Assembly: GCA_019057865.1 (NCBI GenBank)
Contig: JAHLWP010000003.1
Span: 148,192 to 212,191 of the forward strand
Length of the DNA stretch: 64,000 nucleotides
From: Promethearchaeota archaeon
GTDB taxonomy: Archaea; Asgardarchaeota; Lokiarchaeia; Sigyniarchaeales; SOKP01
Direction of reading: 5' to 3'
The notes under the pieces are model-generated. The model was not told where the DNA came from. It saw only the letters and a list, made by a program, of their open reading frames with translations, and did not search any database. A program made the translations under genes and the position numbers. Of the stretch, positions 61,888-64,000 are shown piece after piece. Positions within the stretch are counted from its first letter, which is position 1. Every line of letters starts with the position of its first letter.

Positions 61888-62330
61888 AAAAGAATTCAAG
61901 ATTCATTAAAATTCCCATTGTTATGTGAGGATTGTGAACAAAGAATCTCTAAATTTGAGAATTATTTTGCTGAAATGATATTCTATCCTACAGTGAATTT
62001 AAACAGCAATGATGTAAATTATGACGAAACTTTATTAAAATTTATTGGTCAGTTAATTGGAGAGTTATAAATACAATCCCTATGTTGATGAAAAAGAGTT
62101 TAAAAAAAGTTTCACGTCATTTAGTTGAATGTGAAAAGAATTGGAGAGATTATTTAAATGGAAGTATTGATAAACCATTATCTTCTCATTACTTGATTCA
62201 TACTTTGTGTGTATTAGATCATATCAAGGAATTTAAAAAGTCTTGGCAATTCTTGACACAAAGGTCAATTGCTCACAGTTTTGATAACTATGACGGAGTC
62301 GATTTTGTTTGGAGTCAATTACCTTTTTAT
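61888..62330 (+). pseudogene. Degraded HNH-endonuclease-like gene
   Basis: KRIQDSLKFPLLCEDCEQRISKFENYFAEMIFYP...LLKF, then a frameshift to ..NWRVI; 5' end missing. Confidence 0.5.
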
Positions 62331-62450
62331 TTCTATTTCCTTTACTTCCTCTTTCTCTTCTTCTTTTACTTCTTCCTTCTCTTCTTCCTTTTCTTCCTCT
62401 TTCTCTTCTTGCTTCACTTTCTTTTTCTTTTCTCTCTTTTTCTTAACCAT
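62319..62450 (-). CDS. Putative 43-aa Lys/Glu low-complexity peptide (possibly a truncated gene start)
   Basis: GAGGTG RBS, then MVKKKREKKKKVKQEEKEEEKEEEKEEVKEEEKEEVKEIEIKR*. Confidence 0.45.
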   Translation of the reverse strand: MVKKKREKKKKVKQEEKEEEKEEEKEEVKEEEKEEVKEIEIKR

Positions 62451-62651
62451 TTTTTTACACCTCTATTTTTAATTGCTTTTTATACACTTTTTAGGAATAC
62501 TCTTTATTTTTGGTCATTTAATATTTAGAGAGAACAAAATTTAAATCTTTACTTTGATGTCCAAAATGATCAATTTTAACTAATTTTTGTAGAAAAAGGA
62601 AAAAAAAAGAGATTCAAAAGTAATTAAACCGACAAAAATTTGAGTTTTTAC

Positions 62652-62804
62652 TTACTTTTCCAATTTGGTTTTAAATGGTTCGCCCTTCGTAAAAATTGTC
62701 TCATCCTTAATTCTTAAGACTTCTACGTTAGATGGTTTTTTCTCCCTGTATTCTTTTTTACCGAATTTAACGATTTCCTTCAATACCTTTCTATTGGAGA
62801 TCAT
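62652..62804 (-). CDS. Putative 50-aa basic protein
   Basis: MISNRKVLKEIVKFGKKEYREKKPSNVEVLRIKDETIFTKGEPFKTKLEK*. Confidence 0.35.
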   Translation of the reverse strand: MISNRKVLKEIVKFGKKEYREKKPSNVEVLRIKDETIFTKGEPFKTKLEK

Positions 62805-62940
62805 TATCACTAGAGAAATGATTAATTATATCTCATTTTAATTTTTAGATTATTCAGTCAAAATAAGAAATTGCTAGACTCCAACAAATTTTTAATCTTG
62901 GAAAATTGTTAAATTTATTGATTTTTTAGAGGAATATATT

Positions 62941-63213
62941 TTGGGTGAAAAATTTCTTATAGAAAATTTATTTGAATCAAAAGCTCGAATTAAAATCTTA
63001 AACATTCTGGTGAAAGAAAAAGAATTGAATATCTCATCCCTCATTAATAAGACAAGACTAAATCATACGAATGTTCAAAAACACCTAAATTTTCTTAAAA
63101 CGCGAGACTTAATCCAAGAGAAGAGATTTGGACGAATACGAATATTTAGGTATAAAAATGAAAGCATAAAATCAAGAGCATTAGAAAATTTCATACATAT
63201 TTGGGAAGATTAA
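62941..63213 (+). CDS. ArsR-like winged-helix transcription regulator
   Basis: LFESKARIKILNIL...ELNISSL...VQKHLNFL...LIQEKRFGRIRIF. Confidence 0.85.
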   Translation: MGEKFLIENLFESKARIKILNILVKEKELNISSLINKTRLNHTNVQKHLNFLKTRDLIQEKRFGRIRIFRYKNESIKSRALENFIHIWED

Positions 63214-63238
63214 TTTAATTTCTTTCATAGACCTTGCA

Positions 63239-63946
63239 CTATGTTAATAGTGGTTTCAGTAAGTTTCTGCTTCGTTTAAATCCTGTAAACTTTTCAGCAG
63301 TTTCACTACTTAAGATACTATGTTTTACTTGATAAAACACACTGCTCATTTGAATTCCTAATTTTTTACAGACCATATTGTGGCGAACTGAATTTACATC
63401 TAATTTTATCATGGTTAGTATACAGACGACTCCCGCAATAATAGTATCTGTTGTATTCATAAGTCTATTCCCGAATTTCCTTAAAAGAGAATCAGATACG
63501 TGAATAAATTTTTTATCAAAATGGAAATGGATTATTAAAGAAAGTAAAAGTCTTTGGACCATCTTGGTTCGATCCCGAGAAAAGTATTCAGGACAGTACC
63601 TTACAGCTTCCAAAAAATAAATTTTAAATTTCCTTTTGGTAAAATTTGCAACTTCGATGATTTTGTCTTTTTTAATATTTATGCATTTTATTTTAAAGAA
63701 TATATACAGTACTGCAGGAACCAATCTCTCTGCTCTTTTGTAGTATGATCTTACGTGTTCCCAAATAGTTTGATAGAATATACAGAATTCAGAATAATCT
63801 CTTTTTGCTAGGATTATATCCAGTTTTTTGACAATAAGATTTAATACTGGAATGAGAGAAAGACAATCTTTTCTTAATTTTATAATATTGCTATATTGAT
63901 CGATTTCTTCAATCATATAAGATTCAATTTCCTTTTGTGCCATCAT
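63239..63946 (-). CDS. TFIIB/cyclin-fold-like orphan protein
   Basis: Two cyclin-like repeats (LVPAVLYIFFKIKCINIKKDKIIEV; IIAGVVCIL...MVCKKLGIQMSSV); no zinc ribbon. Confidence 0.55.
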   Translation of the reverse strand: MMAQKEIESYMIEEIDQYSNIIKLRKDCLSLIPVLNLIVKKLDIILAKRDYSEFCIFYQTIWEHVRSYYKRAERLVPAVLYIFFKIKCINIKKDKIIEVANFTKRKFKIYFLEAVRYCPEYFSRDRTKMVQRLLLSLIIHFHFDKKFIHVSDSLLRKFGNRLMNTTDTIIAGVVCILTMIKLDVNSVRHNMVCKKLGIQMSSVFYQVKHSILSSETAEKFTGFKRSRNLLKPLLT

Positions 63947-64000
63947 TTAGTTTCCTTTTGCTTTTTATAAGCAAAATATAATGAGTATATTTAAAGAAAA

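Noticed and set aside
62330-62445. Possible CRISPR or tandem repeat array
   Set aside because: Imperfect codon-level EEKE repeats without unique spacers.
62082-62528. 148-aa ORF with a Phe/Leu-rich TM-like tail
   Set aside because: The tail is the antisense of a GAA/AAG low-complexity tract and the front part belongs to a degraded remnant; not a coherent gene.

Overview
This is a very AT-rich, gene-dense archaeal window, most consistent with an Asgard archaeon of the Lokiarchaeia (Promethearchaeota). Support for that comes from roadblock and longin proteins, RING/PHD-like zinc fingers, SDS22-type LRR proteins, TFB-like cyclin-fold orphans, archaeal MetRS and TrmJ, and GAGGTG-type ribosome-binding sites. 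About 1-51 kb is mostly housekeeping and metabolic: trmJ, an Eis-like GNAT, gpmA, acyl-CoA dehydrogenase, metG, an M20 peptidase, a glycyl-radical enzyme and transporters. Mixed in are eukaryotic-signature-like genes (vWA plus double RING/PHD, a roadblock pair with a longin, a RING finger), a HEPN-MNT pair, a divergent RtcB-like ligase, and two membrane/left-handed-beta-helix genes that together resemble the terminal module of poly-amino-acid synthetases (Pls). About 51.7-62.5 kb is an accessory, probably defence-related island. It holds a nuclease-STAND ATPase (Avs-like), an LRR-nitrilase fusion directly downstream, a 5'-truncated PIN gene, a truncated LRR gene, a higher-GC inserted fragment and an HNH-like remnant. 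Reading outside the ORF track added a nitroreductase whose only plausible start is ACG or ATC, an ATC-started gpmA, two small related peptide ORFs upstream of a bactofilin operon, several single-base frameshifts (possibly assembly errors) and several junctions between truncated genes. I saw no rRNA, tRNA, CRISPR array or intact transposase. All functional calls come from motif recognition by eye; no database searches were run.
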